Shown piece after piece: positions 62,606 through 64,000 of a stretch of 64,000 bases of DNA. Position numbers and translations under genes: made by a program. The stretch is taken from IMG/VR virus record IMGVR_UViG_3300044961_000667. One strand, given 5' to 3'. Position 1 is the first letter of the stretch; each line of letters begins with the position of its first letter. This DNA comes from a virus (Duplodnaviria; Caudoviricetes). The notes beneath the pieces are model-generated. The model worked only from the letters and a program-made list of their open reading frames with translations, was not told where the DNA came from and made no database searches.

Positions 62606-63130
62606 TCACCGATACGTCTTCCCCGACAGCACGTCGCTGACCACCGACTGACTGACCCCGAACCTGTCGGCTAGCTCCCGCTGCAGAACGTCTCCGGCTC
62701 CATACAGCCGCCGGATGTTTGCGACGTCGTCAAACGACAACTTCGACTCGTAGTGCTCATGCCCACGAGAGGCCGACATCAGTCTCACGGCGGTCAGCGC
62801 GTCGCCTCTTGCTTGTCGCCCCTTCGACACCATGTCACGAACATTGTCAGCTTGGGTTCCGTCGAAGAGGTGCCTGACGCAAAGCGGACGATCACAGGAG
62901 TGAAGAATCTGAACGCCACGCCCGATCGGACCGTGCTCTAGCTCCCAGGCGAACCGGTGAGCGTAGACGTGATCCTTTCCGTCCCAGAACATCCCGTACT
63001 TCAGAGAACTGCCACCAACCGATTTTGCGATCCAAAGCCAACACGACGACCCAAGCACCGGATGAACCGGTCCATTCTTGTCGACCTTCGACCAGAACCT
63101 TTCTCGTGGGTCTTTCGGTTTCGGAGCCAC
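62606..63130 (-). mobile_element. HNH homing endonuclease with C-terminal HTH
   Basis: CWLW...YG...AHRFAWE...ILHSCDRPLCVRHL...DNVRDM..KGR; lower GC. Confidence 0.9.
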
Positions 63131-64000
63131 TCACACCCTCATCGGCATCACTATATAACACATGTCGCCCGACTTCATCCTCGCCGGGGCGTGTTCGTCG
63201 TCGACGGCCAAGGAGATCTCGTCGCCTTCGGCTGACTTCGGCAGGTGCTTGCAGGCATCGAGCAGGTACATGACGTTGAAGCCAGCGGTCACCTCCGTCG
63301 ATCCATCGATCTTCTTCCGGATGGAGGCATCGACCTCCTGGCTCACCTCTCCGATGTCGGGGTCGTTGGTGTCGAGACGCAGCGCGCCGTTGATGCACAC
63401 CTTCACCCCGTGCGTCTTCGTCATCGACGCCGCCAACTTCAGCGCCTTCTCGAAGCGCTTCCTGTCGACCTGGACGACGAACTCGTCCCGATCGTCCTTC
63501 GGCACCACCTGCTGGTACTCCGGGAACTGCCCGTCGATGCACCGGAACGTCAGCCGCGCAGGCCCCACCCGGAACTTGCCGAGCATCGGACCAGGTTCCG
63601 GCTTCCGCTTGCCGTCCCCGCGTCCATCGTCGAAGCCGGCGCTGATCGTGCGCTTGGGGAACTTCTTCTCCATCTCGCTCAGCACGATCGCCGCCTTCGT
63701 CGGCATGACGATGTGCGTCTCCTTCGGAACGCTGCCCACGTACAGCTCCGGCGTCGGAATCACCGCGAGCCGGTGCCCGTCGGTCGTCACCAGCCGCGTC
63801 GCATCGGCACCGCGGTCGTACAGCACGCCGTTCAGCACGAACCTGGTCTCGTCGGTCGACGCAGCGAACATGACGGCCCGCATCGCTCGAACGAAGCCAG
63901 CCGTCGTGTCCTTCACCTCGATCATCCGCATCGGCACCGGCATGTCGGCGACGTTGCCTGGGGTCTGGAACTTGGCTGGACCGACCGAGACCTTCCCCTT
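63131..64000 (-). CDS. dnaN: DNA polymerase III beta sliding clamp (5' part beyond the window)
   Basis: FAASTDETRFVLNGV, VTTDGHRL, IDGQFPEYQQVVP, GFNVMYLLDA, YIVMPMRV; frame stays open to base 64000. Confidence 0.92.
   Translation of the reverse strand, partial: KGKVSVGPAKFQTPGNVADMPVPMRMIEVKDTTAGFVRAMRAVMFAASTDETRFVLNGVLYDRGADATRLVTTDGHRLAVIPTPELYVGSVPKETHIVMPTKAAIVLSEMEKKFPKRTISAGFDDGRGDGKRKPEPGPMLGKFRVGPARLTFRCIDGQFPEYQQVVPKDDRDEFVVQVDRKRFEKALKLAASMTKTHGVKVCINGALRLDTNDPDIGEVSQEVDASIRKKIDGSTEVTAGFNVMYLLDACKHLPKSAEGDEISLAVDDEHAPARMKSGDMCYIVMPMRV

Noticed and set aside
1-64000. tRNA, rRNA, integrase, IS elements, or nucleus-forming jumbo phage markers (chimallin, PhuZ, multisubunit RNAP)
   Set aside because: None recognised. 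Intergenic gaps are short and show no cloverleaf; absence from this window says nothing about the rest of the genome.

Overview
This 64-kb window is a GC-rich (roughly two-thirds GC by eye) segment of a large tailed dsDNA bacteriophage. Genes are densely packed and all but one lie on the minus strand; the long plus-strand ORFs in the track are antisense shadows. In plus-strand coordinates it contains: (1) a T4-type head and packaging module (major capsid protein, truncated by the window edge; protease-scaffold fusion; portal; intein-containing large terminase; probable small terminase); (2) a ParB-domain gene followed by a sugar-modification cluster (aminotransferase, methyltransferase, NDP-sugar dehydratase, two GT-B glycosyltransferases); (3) recombination and replication genes (RuvC-like, Cas4-like, Hjc-like, RecA, UvsW-like helicase, two SSB types, primase, DnaB, DnaC-like loader, an HTH initiator with four 23-bp iterons, intein-containing UvrD, beta clamp); (4) nucleotide and DNA-modification genes (MazG-like, Dam-like, ASCH, Gp37/Gp68, intein-containing HD hydrolase, TMK, minimal PolX); and (5) small early-type genes behind repeated CCTC-TTGACR sigma70-like promoters. 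Notable non-coding signals are six copies of a GYGCAATCGATTGCGC palindrome, one canonical parS site, a 66-bp dispersed repeat and a covarying leader hairpin. No tRNA, rRNA or CRISPR array was seen. All protein calls come from motif recognition by eye, not database searches.
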